Source of the DNA: Nematocida ausubeli | Taxonomy: Eukaryota | Direction: 5' to 3' | NCBI RefSeq assembly: GCF_000738915.1 | Contig: NW_026515637.1 | Span: forward strand, 1 to 64,000 | Length of the DNA: 64,000 nt | Part shown: piece by piece, positions 1 through 11,232 of the stretch | Position numbering within the stretch: position 1 is the stretch's first letter | How the letters are laid out: every line of letters begins with the position of its first letter | The notes under the pieces: model-generated | The model's database searches: none | What the model was told of the DNA's origin: nothing | The model's input: only the letters and a program-made list of their open reading frames with translations | Made by a program: the position numbers and the translations under genes

Positions 1-2712
1 AGAATCGATATGGAAGACATAAAGACAGTACATGAGACTTTTGTTGGCGAGAAGCAGGATGTGGTTATTAACCCAAGAGGACCATTGAATCTGCTACGTG
101 GATACATTGGAAACCAGAATGGATACATGTACAACAAGCGGTTTTTTTCTTCTGAAATAGACACAGACTATATACTTTCTAAGAAAGAAATATCTGATGA
201 AAACGAACAAGAGTACAACTTTAAAAGAAAGCCAGTGAATGACAGAGTACACAAAGACATGGACACAAAAACCCCAGAAGGCAGGTATCTTAGCATGTAT
301 CACACCCTGCTGATAAAGATGTTTCCGTCTGCAGATGGAGACCTCTCCATTGAGGCAGGAAGGTCAAATGCACTTACAAACTTCCTAAGAGCAGATCATG
401 TTAAAAAGGACACAAAGTACATCCTCGCTGCGCTGCTGCTGCTCTCAGAGGGCGTTGACATTAAAATAGCAGTAGACTACAAAGGAAAGAAAAATAATCT
501 TGTCATAAAAAGTAAGACGTGCAAGAAAAAAGTATTTGTAAATGTAGAAATGCATACTGCAGGTATAGACCCAGTTACTAATGAGCACAGTGAAAACATC
601 TACCAAAGTGAGGCGGCTGGAATTGTTAAGTTCTATATGCAGTGCAAAGACAATTCATTGCTAAAGAAAGGAGGTGAGTTTGCAATGCCAGCCACAAAAG
701 AAGAGTTTGAAAGTGGAAAGTTTCTGAATAATGCAGCCTTCCTTATACAGACATACATCTACGAGTTCATTGACACAGCAGAAGACTACAAAAACTTTGT
801 AGAAGCAGCGCATGAACTACTGGTTGACCAAGTAACTGAAAAGGAGAACCCGGAGCAGACGAAGAAGAAGGGTAAAAAGGGCAGAATATTTGATGAGCTT
901 TTCGTTGCAAAAGAAGAACTTAGTGAAAATATAAAGTACATTGAAAAATTCTATAGCTTTATAAAAGTTAAAAATGAAAATACTAATTTTCCCTTCTACA
1001 GTGATAGTCAGCTGCCGAAGTATACTAGAGTGCCGCGTTGTAAACTAGACAAGTCGGGCTTTGAGAAGAACCAAGCCTTATACTATAGCAACTGCGTAGA
1101 GACAGCTCTGCTTGGGCTGTTCTGCTGCCTGGCATATAATCCAGAAACCGGAGAGTATGAGACAGACCACATGGGAGAGGGAGTAAGTGATGAGTTGAGA
1201 GACTTCTTTGGAGACTATCCTAAGCCAACAGAAATCACAAACTTTGAAATGCACAAACAATGGAGTAAAGTTGTTGCTTGCTTAAAGAATGAAAAGATTG
1301 ACTACATGCAGATTAAAAATGAACTTTTCCCTGGGGTTGGAAATATATTTCTGGTAATTGCAGAAATAACAGGCCAGAAAGCAGATATATTAGAGCTAGT
1401 TGAATGTATAGAGAATGAATGCAGAACAGGAGAATTAGATAATAAGCAAAAGGAATACATATCAAATAAGATAGAATCGATTGTTAAGGCTTTGTCAAAG
1501 AATAAGAATGTGAGAGTAGAGTGCAAACAAATGAGACTTAAGACAAGACCAAATGGAAAGGCAGATATTTTCGCTGAGATTAACATTATTTATACTTTCG
1601 GTAAAGCATATAATGGAATTTCTTTGGATATAATACAAGAACATGCAAATCTTGTTCTTCTTCCATCTTCAAATACTAGCTCTGCATATATTAAAAAAAA
1701 GTATGAAGAAGTAAAAAATATTTACAGCGGTATAAACTGCTATATAGGATACATTGCGGATCAGTACATTAGTGCAGAGTTAGATGTTTTAAGTTGTAGT
1801 GATTATGATCTCCGTGTAAAATTTGCGGACAAAATATTCCAGGCTATACCGGAAGGACCCGAATGCATATCTAAAATATCCGTATTAGGAAAGCTTGTTT
1901 CCTATCATGTTAAAGGCACTATTATAATGGATTTTATAATCTCTACCATAGATAAGGAAGTGGGCCCAACAAACCCTCTAACACGGTTTACTGCAAACAT
2001 TTTAGGAAGTGTTCCGCTCAATGATTATGTATCAAGACGTTTAATGATGCTGCTCTTCCCATTTCACGCAAGCTGGCAGAAATTCTATCCAAGGCTTGGA
2101 TTTAAGCCATCAGAGCCTATCCCCAAAGAAGATGCTATTTGGATTCGTCTATCAGAACTAAAAGAATGGTTATGCGATACTATAATAAGGCATTTTTCAG
2201 AGCCTGCAGCATCAAAAGCCATATGCAACTATCTTAGAGCAACTGTGAATAACCCAAGGATGATCGATGTAAGTGTAGAATTTATAACCCGACCGGTTCT
2301 AATTCATCGTATCATGTCTAATGCGATGATAGAAGACTTGGTGGAAATTCAATCCAATATCGAAGAATATATGAAAGAACACATGAAAGACTACAATTTA
2401 AACTATGTGTATATTATCTGGTTTATCCATGTATGCTCAGATGATTCTAGGTTCTCATTAGAATCTGCTAAGACAGTTTATGACTTTATAGTCTTTGATG
2501 ATTATCCAAGCCCATTTAAGTTTAAAAAAGAAATGTCAGGACCCGCGGAATACTTTGAAAAATCTCTAAGTACTTTAGAAGAAAATAAAACACTTTTCTG
2601 CTCGGAGGATGACAGAAAAAGTATGGAAAAGTACGATGCTATGTTAGAATACTTCTCGGAATTCTGTTGGTTGCACAAGAAATCTAAACACTTACCCTGC
2701 ACTATAAGTTGA
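1..2712 (+). CDS. NemLGF1-like (Nematocida large gene family 1) host-exposed protein, 5' truncated by the window edge
   Basis: Frame is open from base 1 (RID-MEDIK...). The paralog at 14106 has YARIGLDGIE right after its signal peptide, so the true start lies upstream of the window. Blocks shared with the two in-window paralogs: INPxGPLxLLR, NKRFFSxEI, MFPS, ILAALLLLSEGV, FLNNAxxLIQxYIxE, CVExAxLxLFCCxAY, WxxVVACLxNEKI. Confidence 0.85.
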   Translation, partial: RIDMEDIKTVHETFVGEKQDVVINPRGPLNLLRGYIGNQNGYMYNKRFFSSEIDTDYILSKKEISDENEQEYNFKRKPVNDRVHKDMDTKTPEGRYLSMYHTLLIKMFPSADGDLSIEAGRSNALTNFLRADHVKKDTKYILAALLLLSEGVDIKIAVDYKGKKNNLVIKSKTCKKKVFVNVEMHTAGIDPVTNEHSENIYQSEAAGIVKFYMQCKDNSLLKKGGEFAMPATKEEFESGKFLNNAAFLIQTYIYEFIDTAEDYKNFVEAAHELLVDQVTEKENPEQTKKKGKKGRIFDELFVAKEELSENIKYIEKFYSFIKVKNENTNFPFYSDSQLPKYTRVPRCKLDKSGFEKNQALYYSNCVETALLGLFCCLAYNPETGEYETDHMGEGVSDELRDFFGDYPKPTEITNFEMHKQWSKVVACLKNEKIDYMQIKNELFPGVGNIFLVIAEITGQKADILELVECIENECRTGELDNKQKEYISNKIESIVKALSKNKNVRVECKQMRLKTRPNGKADIFAEINIIYTFGKAYNGISLDIIQEHANLVLLPSSNTSSAYIKKKYEEVKNIYSGINCYIGYIADQYISAELDVLSCSDYDLRVKFADKIFQAIPEGPECISKISVLGKLVSYHVKGTIIMDFIISTIDKEVGPTNPLTRFTANILGSVPLNDYVSRRLMMLLFPFHASWQKFYPRLGFKPSEPIPKEDAIWIRLSELKEWLCDTIIRHFSEPAASKAICNYLRATVNNPRMIDVSVEFITRPVLIHRIMSNAMIEDLVEIQSNIEEYMKEHMKDYNLNYVYIIWFIHVCSDDSRFSLESAKTVYDFIVFDDYPSPFKFKKEMSGPAEYFEKSLSTLEENKTLFCSEDDRKSMEKYDAMLEYFSEFCWLHKKSKHLPCTIS

Positions 2713-3402
2713 TTTTGGCCATTGACCTCCGGGGATTTTCCTGCAGAAAAGCACGCTACAAGGGGATATACTTGCTTACGCGACACATAATAGTGATCTA
2801 TGTTTGTGTAACACAAAGTCTTACATTACAATCTGATGTGATAATATTGTTTTGTTGTGTAAACCAACTTTAGTAAGTATCCACTTTACAAACCGTATAG
2901 ACAATGAGAAATAAATTATATCCAAGTTTAGTATGACTAAGTCTAATATTTCAAAGAGGAAAACTCAGCTAAAAACATAGCATGTTGCATGAAGCATTAT
3001 TGAATAAAACATTTTTAATTTAAATTTAGCGTAATAAAGGAAAGTATCTTATAGTTATTAGTCTACAGTGAAGTCTTGGAAAGAAAAGACAAATATCTAT
3101 CGACGCAGCTGGCCCAGTAAAAGGCCTTACGCCCCAAAGGAAGAGAAATCTGTAGTATGCAAATAGTATTCTATCGAAGGGCAAACACACTAGTCAAGAT
3201 AAACCCACAGCACGAGCAGCAGCTGGGGATACTCTCAAGACATCAATAAATGTTCTCTGCTATAAAGAATATTTTCTTATTTAGTTGCTATTCACGCAGC
3301 ACAGTGCCTTCTTTACTATAATCCACTGTTATTCGGGCTATATTCTTTCATTTCTTCGTATTTGTCTACTTTCTCCTTTTCCTCTCTTTCTATGTCTTCT
3401 TG

Positions 3403-3570
3403 TTTTTTATTCTCTTATACATTGGAAAATAAAGTGTATATTTCTTTTAGTAGAGTAGTTTATTTTACGTAGGTATAAAAAGAGAAATAAAGCATGAGAG
3501 GCAGGGAAAAGAAGAAAAGTTGCACATTTCAGAGAACCACCGCTCGTCAGACACAAGGAGAGAAGAAAGA
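3403..3570. repeat. Diverged dispersed intergenic repeat, copy 1
   Basis: TTTTTATTCTCtTATAcATTGGAAAATAAAGT...AGTTTATTT...AGAGAAC...TCGtCAGAcACAA is collinear with 10734-10890. Confidence 0.6.
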
Positions 3571-3923
3571 GAGAAACAGAAAGAGTAACACACTAAAGGC
3601 AAATAGAGAACGAAACAAGTATTTATTGATAGTTATACATACACTCTCTTATAGACAGCAGATTAGTCTGTATTATGCACTATAGAGCTATATAGAGGCA
3701 CTTTATCTACACGGTCATCGCATTATACAAACGCATATAACAAAAGCAGATCTTTTAAACATCCTCTGGACACATTCTGAGTTGGGCTGAATTTTATTTT
3801 TATTTTTCCTCTGGTTATGCACATATTGAAGAAATAGGCTGCTAGTATATGGGCACTTCACTCGCATACAATCACTCAGCTCTCTTATTTAGACTGTTTT
3901 AGTGCGCACAAACTTTGGCTATA

Positions 3924-5114
3924 TCAGAGTACCCAGCTAACATAGCAGGGTTTCGGGGTTTTCAGTATACTGCACTTAACATCGCTAAATAGCGTAGATA
4001 GATTAAAAATAATCTCTCTGTATTCCTTTTGCTCCTCTTCGGATATGCAGATGCATATATACTCATTTGTTTTTGCTACTAGTCTAGAAATCGCACTACT
4101 CTCCCAAATATAGGCATAGTTTTGCAGATTAAGGTTGCTGGCTGTATATCCCATTGCAGGTGTACTTTTTGTCACCTCTATCACCGGGGCTTCAAACTCT
4201 TCTTCTGCAGCCCGCGCTTATTCTGCCTCTGCTTGCCTTACTTTGTACAGTAAATTTGTCTTGGTATCTATGAGGCTTAAATATTCTAAAAGCGCTTTCA
4301 TCCCAATCAAGTACGTTCTCCCGAAGTAGATCACTGCCAATAGATACACCAGGTAGCACTGCTTTGAGTCATGTTTGTTCTTTTCTGCAGCTGCCATCTC
4401 TGCCTCATGTTTCTTCAACATACTTTCTGCATACTTTATCTTTTTTAAATAGCAATCTATTTCTAAATCCAGCCCATTAATTTCCTTCATTTCGAGCTTG
4501 TATTTTATGTCTCTTTCTTCTGGTATTCGGCAGGCACTCTTGCTGTAAGACTCGTTCATTAGAGCTCTATTGTGGGCGTCAGAATGGATTTCTTCCTAGA
4601 TTTTGGCTATGTGATTCTTCTTCACGCTAACATCAAATGCTTCTTTATCCACTGCAATAAAAGCCTTTACACCTGCACCTGCTACGCCATCTGAACTTGC
4701 TAGTCTGTCTATTATATTTTTTTCCATGCTAGAGCACTCCCACACATTTTTGGTATCGGGTATGCTTGTCATGCCATCTGTTTTTCCAGACTCATCCACC
4801 CCTATAATATCCTTTTCTTTGGTTTTCTCTTTCCTTTCCTCCAATGCAATGTCTTCAGGTGCATCTTTCCGATGCGGATTAGACTTCTCTTTACTTACTG
4901 CCTTGTGGCATATCTTTACTGCAGTGAGTGCGCTAGAAGGCATGCAAACTTTCAATGCTACTGCACCTACCAGCAGAATAGACAAAACCGTTGTTATACA
5001 GAGAATGCATAGCATTGATGCAGCAATTGAAAAAACAACTGTTTGACAGAAAACAGACGCTTGCATGTGATCTAGATTATATTGGATCATGTCTTCTGCA
5101 AACTTCTCTACCAT
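3924..5114 (-). pseudogene. Coiled-coil membrane-anchored/secreted protein gene broken by two in-frame stops
   Basis: ORFs 4596-5114, 4218-4559 and 3924-4184 share one frame. The gaps translate openly (...HIAKI*EEIHSDAHNRALMNES... and ...QAEAE*ARAAEEEFEAPVIEV...). Only TAG 4596-4598 and TAA 4218-4220 interrupt a ~396-codon frame that has a hydrophobic N-terminus. Confidence 0.7.
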
Positions 5115-5238
5115 TCTCTTTATTTTATTTTTCGCACTAATACATACTTACTTGAAGATCATTTTTATTTTTATATTAATACTCTTCTCTTCTCATATAC
5201 ACACTTACTTATTAGCATGCGCAAGCATGTAATATGAT

Positions 5239-6732
5239 TCAAATTATATCTTTATAACATTCTTCTGCAGCGCGCATTGCCTTATTTGCCTCGTTTACCA
5301 CACGCTGCTGCTCTTCACACGCGCTTTCAGCTGCATCATATGATCTATATGCCTGCTCTTTTTCTACTACCTTGGACATAAATTTCTCGTGCATGGCATG
5401 CATATTAGCTGCAATATTAATAGCTTCCGCTGTAAGTTTCATCCGAGCTATATATAACCCGAACCCGATAATATTTATTCCCATCAAATCTTTATATATC
5501 TGGAATGGGTTAAATGACATAAAACCTATGGCTTCCGCCACATTGTCCAACAAGCCGTTTTCATATTCTTTTTTCTTCTGAATAAATAAATCATCTCTTT
5601 CATGCATTTTTTTAAGTATTTCTGAAAAGCATTGTATGATAAGAGTAGTTCTTCTCTCTGCTTTTACTTCTAGTAAATTGTATTCCATAATGTTTTTTCT
5701 TGTGAAGGATGCACTCTTTTCTATTTCTTTCATGGAATCAGTGAATATTTCGTAGAAAAACTCACTTGCCCTTTTATCTGACTCTAGTACATCTATTTCA
5801 TCATTCAGGGCACAAATCCTTTTTATCAGTTTATTTTTCTTAGAGATTGTGTTATCTGCTGGTTTTAGATCGGAAGGGGCACCATAGTGGTAATTAATTT
5901 TCTCAGTTATAGGGTTTATTTCCTTGATCTTTTTATTAAATATAGTCGTATGTTTACCATATTTTTTTTTAGAATCCTCTAATTCCCTACTCTTTGTTTT
6001 AAAGACATCTCTTGCCAGCTTTACAGCATCTTTCATCTCTGCCAGCCTTTTCATCTCTGCCCGCCATACCGGCCTTTCCATCTCTGCCAGCCTTTTCATC
6101 TCCATCAGCCTTACCTGCCTTTCCATCTCTATCTGCCTTTCCATCTCTATCTGCCTTTCCACCTCTACCTGCCTTTTCATCTTCATCAGTATTTCCATCT
6201 CTAGTGTGTCTGCTTCAATGGCAGCATTCACTTCCTTTTTAGCTAGCTCTTCCTCCTTTTTTTCAAACACTAGATTAGAGCTGTTTTTTTTATCCATTGC
6301 ATACTCAGCCAGTTCGCCTGCGCTATTACTACGCTCTAAGTGTCTACCTTCTGGCACATCTAGCGCAGAAATACTGCTCTCCTTCTTTTCAGCTATACTT
6401 TTTGTGTCTACCATGCCTTCCAATGTGCATAATTCTTTCTGCTTATTTGGGTTTGCATTCTCTGTGTGTGCAGCAGCACTCTTTGTATTGCTTATACTAC
6501 AGAGTGGACTGGTTACGGTTTTTTTAGCATCTTGTTCTGCTACAACCTGTTCTCCTGCTTTCAGCTGCGCATTGTTAAACACAAAGCCTGTTTTCTCTTC
6601 TTTTGAGCACTCTAGTGTGTCAGACGGCTTTGCACTCAATTCAGATACATCTGCGGCCCTCAGATACAGCTTGATTATACCTATGACAGCCAGAAGCATA
6701 TACTTTACTCTTTGTCTTTGTCCTTTGCTCAT
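5239..6732 (-). CDS. Predicted secreted coiled-coil protein (497 aa) with internal 6-aa repeats
   Basis: Long ORF; hydrophobic N-terminus (YMLLAVIGIIKLYLRAA); E/K-rich heptads; no recognisable domain. Confidence 0.8.
   Translation of the reverse strand: MSKGQRQRVKYMLLAVIGIIKLYLRAADVSELSAKPSDTLECSKEEKTGFVFNNAQLKAGEQVVAEQDAKKTVTSPLCSISNTKSAAAHTENANPNKQKELCTLEGMVDTKSIAEKKESSISALDVPEGRHLERSNSAGELAEYAMDKKNSSNLVFEKKEEELAKKEVNAAIEADTLEMEILMKMKRQVEVERQIEMERQIEMERQVRLMEMKRLAEMERPVWRAEMKRLAEMKDAVKLARDVFKTKSRELEDSKKKYGKHTTIFNKKIKEINPITEKINYHYGAPSDLKPADNTISKKNKLIKRICALNDEIDVLESDKRASEFFYEIFTDSMKEIEKSASFTRKNIMEYNLLEVKAERRTTLIIQCFSEILKKMHERDDLFIQKKKEYENGLLDNVAEAIGFMSFNPFQIYKDLMGINIIGFGLYIARMKLTAEAINIAANMHAMHEKFMSKVVEKEQAYRSYDAAESACEEQQRVVNEANKAMRAAEECYKDII
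6031..6186 (-). repeat. Coding minisatellite, ~18-bp units (RQIEME / KRLAEM)
   Basis: TTTCCATCTCTATCTGCC twice plus variants TTTTCATCTCTGCCAGCC; encodes QVEVERQIEMERQIEMERQVRLMEMKRLAEMER...RAEMKRLAEMK. Confidence 0.85.
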
Positions 6733-7023
6733 TTCTATTTTTAGATATTATTCGCATTAATATTCTATAGTTGAAAATCATTTATATCTTTATTTTAATA
6801 ATTCTACTGCGCATATAGTCTAGTGAAGAATTGACAATAGAGCAGTATGCAATTGAACTAGCTGGGCCACAATCATTAATACATAAATTCTAAATAACTT
6901 TATTTGAAGCTTCTTTTGCACTAACAAGCCATTCCAAGCCTTAGCCGGTTAATTCGGGCATTAATCTAAATCTGTCCATATTATTCTGAACACAATACGT
7001 CTTTATCTTTTTAGGCACTTTAT

Positions 7024-10000
7024 TTATATTGGGAGCGGCCCGAATGCACAGAAAAGGCTAGCTAGTGTGCCTCTCACAAACATCAACTGAGTTTTTTTTT
7101 CTGCTTCTTGCACAGTTTGAACAGTTTGGGATGTATAGCCAGCAGTGGTTACACTATGCAATATAATCTTGGCAAATACAGACTTTTCAGTAGTATTTAG
7201 CCCTTTGACAAGATGCTCTAATTCCGGGTTACACTTGTTTTCCGGGAAATCTCTTTGTAGACTAGCCACTATTTTGGCTATTATGCCAGCATATGTTTCT
7301 TGGGATACAAATTCTGTGCTATTTGCCCATTCTAATGCCTTTTCTATTGTGTTTGTAAAACAGGATGCATTTCTGTATGGATACCCATCTATGGCTATGT
7401 TCGGATAGTATGTATCTTCTAAGGTGTGGCTGAGCAGCACAAGCACTGCGTTTATGTCATCACTAGTTGCGAAGAGAACACCGCCCATCGCGTTATTTAC
7501 TAGATGCACGAGAGGATGGCTTCTGCCAAGGTTTTTGTCTACTATATGCAGAAGAAGAGCCCATATAATGTCTCTTTTATAAAGCCTGCTATGCGCTGCT
7601 GGGCCAAGCAGGAGAGCATCCACAGGCCTGCATTGCTTTCCACAGAAGAGTGCATCCTGCAGCATTTTATTTGGCTTGGGCTGGCTTCTACTATTTGGCT
7701 CACATGTACACATCTCCACCTCTCTATCTATGTGAAATCTAAGCATCTCTGCAATAAATGTCTTTTTCTTGATTCTTGACAGCTTTGCCTCTTCCAATGC
7801 ACAGCCTGTGCTATGCAGCCTAGAGCCTGTTTCCCATCCCAGCCCTACTACTTTATCAGCACAATACTTGGGGTAGACATTAAATTCATACGAGCAGGTG
7901 TTGGCTAAATGTGCATCCTTTTCCTGTGCATCATCAAGAGTGTACGATATTTTTATTTTCCCAAACAGATCGCTGTATCCACCTTTAAGAGTCTCTTTAT
8001 ACTCGATCTCTGCATCCGCATTAATGTCCTCTTTTTTTATGGCAATTTTATTAATTATTTCAGTCAAGTATTTGCTTATGTCGCTTTTTAGTGCAACTGC
8101 CAGGGTTTTCTCTTTGTTAACATAATCAAAAAACAATGCATTGAGCTCCTCTTTTTTTCTTTCTTTTATCACACCCTTTAGACTCTTTATTTCTAGCTTT
8201 ATGCTAGGCGCCAGTCCTTTGCCAGCACATTTTAGCCTCCACTCAAACAGCTTCTTCTTAGATAGCTCTTTTTCGTCTATTAACTGCCTTATCTCCTGCT
8301 CTATCTGATCTTTCTGTTTCTTGTCAATGGAGACATCGTTTGTAAGCTCTGAGTGAAGCCTTTCAGCTGCGCGAATCTTGTGTTTATTATCCATACACTC
8401 GAGCTTTTCTCTAAACTCATCTATCTTTTTTGCATCACCCACCCCCGTTATCTCTTTAATGACATACAGCATGTTTATTATCCCGGGTGCAAGCTGTTTT
8501 CTGCCCTTTTGCAGATATCGTATGTTCCAATTGGATAGGCCTCCTATTACTTTGTTCCAGTCATCATGCATGCTTTTTGAGATTGCTCCATCCATGTATT
8601 TGTGTATCTTGAAAAAGCTTTTCAGCTCCTCGGAGACGGACTCTATGTGGTCAACTGTGTACATACTTTCCTCACAGTTGTATAAAGCCCAGCAGAACAG
8701 GCCTAGCAGAGCTGTCTCGCCGTAGTCAGCACCCCCCATTGTAGACGCTAAGTCGCTGGTAGCAGAAGGACACGCTTCGTTTGGAGTGCATGCATCTAGA
8801 CTCTCTCTGTTTTTTTGAACAGAAAAAGCATCTACAATAGGCTCCAAGTGCAGTAGACTCTCTTGGTGATGCAATATGTGGTTATATATTGATTTCCGCG
8901 CAACGTCTATGTATTCCATCCCAACCGAAATCTGCTCTAAGGGCACAAAGTGTCTGCCAAACACGCGCTTTGCTGCTCTGGGCAGTTCATACCCGGCTTG
9001 ACTCACCTGGATATTTTCTGCTCTGCCTTCTTTCCATTCTACATATTTATTTTCTAAATAGTTTTTAACCCGATATAGCCAGAGTTCTCTCGGAGCTTCT
9101 TTTTCCTGCGCCATATACTCACACAGCAGATCATAGACGGCCTTAATAAAAAGAACTGTCTGGTCTTCATTCTCCATGCAGTGGTACACATATGTTTGTA
9201 TAAGAAAGCCTGGGCTGTTCATGAACTTGCCTTTTTTAAACTCTTTGTATGACTTTGGCTCTGAAGTGTATCCCTTTTTTTTAAGAACTGAATTTTCTCG
9301 GTTTTCTATAAAAAACCTTACCACACTTGCAACTGCAGGCCTTTCAAGCTTAATATTTTTTCCTGATGCACTAGAGTCCTCCTCTCTGGTAATCATCTCA
9401 TCTGAATCCTCTATTTTAGTGCTCACTCTGAAGTGCTCTCCTTCATCTGCCTTCTTCAGAACTAGCTCTGTTCCGTTCTGACTCTCATTAATTGCCAGTG
9501 GTACATCTATCCCCTCTGCAAGCAGCAGCAACGAAGCAAGTATTTTATACTTGTACTTCTCTACAGAAGTACTATTAATAAAAGAAAAAAAAGAGTCCTC
9601 TCTGTCTGACCATATGGACACATACCCGTGCATAGAGGGGAACAGCTCAAGAAGCGTGGTAAAATACTCTTTCGTATACTTGAGCAAGCTGCCTTTATAT
9701 GCAAGGTCACTATCATCGTGCACTCTGTCCAGCCTGTAATCTCGAGTTTGCGCGATTTCAATCTTTCCCTTTGCATTCTTTTTAACTGCTATTGAGTGCT
9801 CTATCTTTATCTCGGGGGATAGAAATCTCTTGTTGTGCATAACCCGAATGCTATCTGCTATTCTTCCTCGCAGTGGGCTTAGTGCGCTGTCTGGGCCTAT
9901 TACTAATGTTTTTTCTTTTCCTTTGTCCATAAAAGTAAACTCTCTCTTTTGAATGCTCATTAGCTCTTTGTTTGTTCTCACTCTGCCCCACACTTGGCAT

Positions 10001-10134
10001 AGCATGGCTAGCTGAATCAACACACATACTGCTGCGCACCATAAGCCCTCTCTTTTATCTTTTATCTTTGTCCTCTGGGCACTTAACTCTTTTGATAATA
10101 CTCTTTTGCTTCTGAATATTGTACCTAACTTCAT
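7024..10134 (-). CDS. NemLGF1-like protein (1036 aa), divergent, with coiled-coil insertion
   Basis: Signal-like segment WCAAVCVLIQLAMLCQVWG; family blocks NKRFLSPEI, LFPS, ILASLLLLAEGID, FMNSPGFLIQTYVY, ETALLGLFCWALYN, DDWNKVI. Confidence 0.85.
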   Translation of the reverse strand: MKLGTIFRSKRVLSKELSAQRTKIKDKREGLWCAAVCVLIQLAMLCQVWGRVRTNKELMSIQKREFTFMDKGKEKTLVIGPDSALSPLRGRIADSIRVMHNKRFLSPEIKIEHSIAVKKNAKGKIEIAQTRDYRLDRVHDDSDLAYKGSLLKYTKEYFTTLLELFPSMHGYVSIWSDREDSFFSFINSTSVEKYKYKILASLLLLAEGIDVPLAINESQNGTELVLKKADEGEHFRVSTKIEDSDEMITREEDSSASGKNIKLERPAVASVVRFFIENRENSVLKKKGYTSEPKSYKEFKKGKFMNSPGFLIQTYVYHCMENEDQTVLFIKAVYDLLCEYMAQEKEAPRELWLYRVKNYLENKYVEWKEGRAENIQVSQAGYELPRAAKRVFGRHFVPLEQISVGMEYIDVARKSIYNHILHHQESLLHLEPIVDAFSVQKNRESLDACTPNEACPSATSDLASTMGGADYGETALLGLFCWALYNCEESMYTVDHIESVSEELKSFFKIHKYMDGAISKSMHDDWNKVIGGLSNWNIRYLQKGRKQLAPGIINMLYVIKEITGVGDAKKIDEFREKLECMDNKHKIRAAERLHSELTNDVSIDKKQKDQIEQEIRQLIDEKELSKKKLFEWRLKCAGKGLAPSIKLEIKSLKGVIKERKKEELNALFFDYVNKEKTLAVALKSDISKYLTEIINKIAIKKEDINADAEIEYKETLKGGYSDLFGKIKISYTLDDAQEKDAHLANTCSYEFNVYPKYCADKVVGLGWETGSRLHSTGCALEEAKLSRIKKKTFIAEMLRFHIDREVEMCTCEPNSRSQPKPNKMLQDALFCGKQCRPVDALLLGPAAHSRLYKRDIIWALLLHIVDKNLGRSHPLVHLVNNAMGGVLFATSDDINAVLVLLSHTLEDTYYPNIAIDGYPYRNASCFTNTIEKALEWANSTEFVSQETYAGIIAKIVASLQRDFPENKCNPELEHLVKGLNTTEKSVFAKIILHSVTTAGYTSQTVQTVQEAEKKTQLMFVRGTLASLFCAFGPLPI

Positions 10135-10733
10135 ATCTTATCTAAAAATTAAAATATTTATGGCTTTGGATACTGTAGTGTTCCTTTCTTTCTTAATCGT
10201 GCAAGTTCTTCTCCCCCGCAATGTAAATAGATTCTGGCTATTTCGGGCTGGGGTGAGCAGAGCACAAACACACTGCAAGAGACTCTGCATATGAAGAAAA
10301 CGCTACATTATGGCCTAGACTCTTGAGCTTGTTCATTTAAGGTTAAATAATTAAGCATCTATCAATAAGATCAAAGGTCATTTTCTGCAATTTTCTCTAG
10401 ATCGATATAATCCATGCACTGAGAGTCTATAAACAAAAGACAAAAAAACGTGCTAGTTTAATATATCTAACTCAGATGCTTCAAGGCCTGGCATGCACTC
10501 AATATTTCTGATAACTGTATGAGGCAGAATGTTCTTGATGAAGTCGCCATGCCATTAGAATAAATAATCTGAGTTTCGTAAGGTGGGGTTGCTAGAGCAG
10601 ATATTGCACAGAAGCGTCTGATAAGCGCAGTTTCTAAAGAATAGCGCATTCTGTGCAGTGTATAGCCTGCAAATACATTTAGTTCTTATTCATTCCTGTG
10701 TGTCTTTTTCACCTTGCTCTAATGCATTTTCTA

Positions 10734-10890
10734 TTTTTATTCTCCTATATATTGGAAAATAAAGTATAAATATAGCATAATGAAGAAGTTTATTTAGTAG
10801 AATACATAGAGAAAATAAAACTCAGAAGAAAAAAATTAGCATACAGTAGAGAACTGTTATTCGCCAGATACAAAGGAAAAAAAAAGAAAA
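10734..10890. repeat. Diverged dispersed intergenic repeat, copy 2
   Basis: TTTTTATTCTCcTATAtATTGGAAAATAAAGT...AGTTTATTT...AGAGAAC...TCGcCAGAtACAA matches 3403-3570. Confidence 0.6.
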
Positions 10891-11232
10891 CAAAGACACC
10901 TGCAGTACCTAAGAGTACACATTCCCCAGATACTTCTATATTGGCTGTTCACTTATCTACCACATTGCACACAGTTCTCTGTGCTCCATGCCTGGTATGG
11001 TATTTGCACACGTTTCTTCTGCATAGCAATTAGGTTATATAGTTCTTTAAACATGCAATGACCAGCTGTTATAACAGCATCTGCTTCTGCACGATATATG
11101 CACTGTTGTATGCACATCCTGTACTATAAGGTATTTTCTATACGTATAGCCTGCGCAGTTTAGCCCTAAAAACATAATCTGAAAGTATAAAAACCATGTT
11201 TATTTAGATATCCATCTAGTGCTTCTTAATTT

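Noticed and set aside
5924..6760. 278-aa plus-strand ORF and the many other antisense ORFs in the track
   Set aside because: These are S/F/L-rich shadows of E/K-rich genes on the opposite strand, with no independent coding signal.
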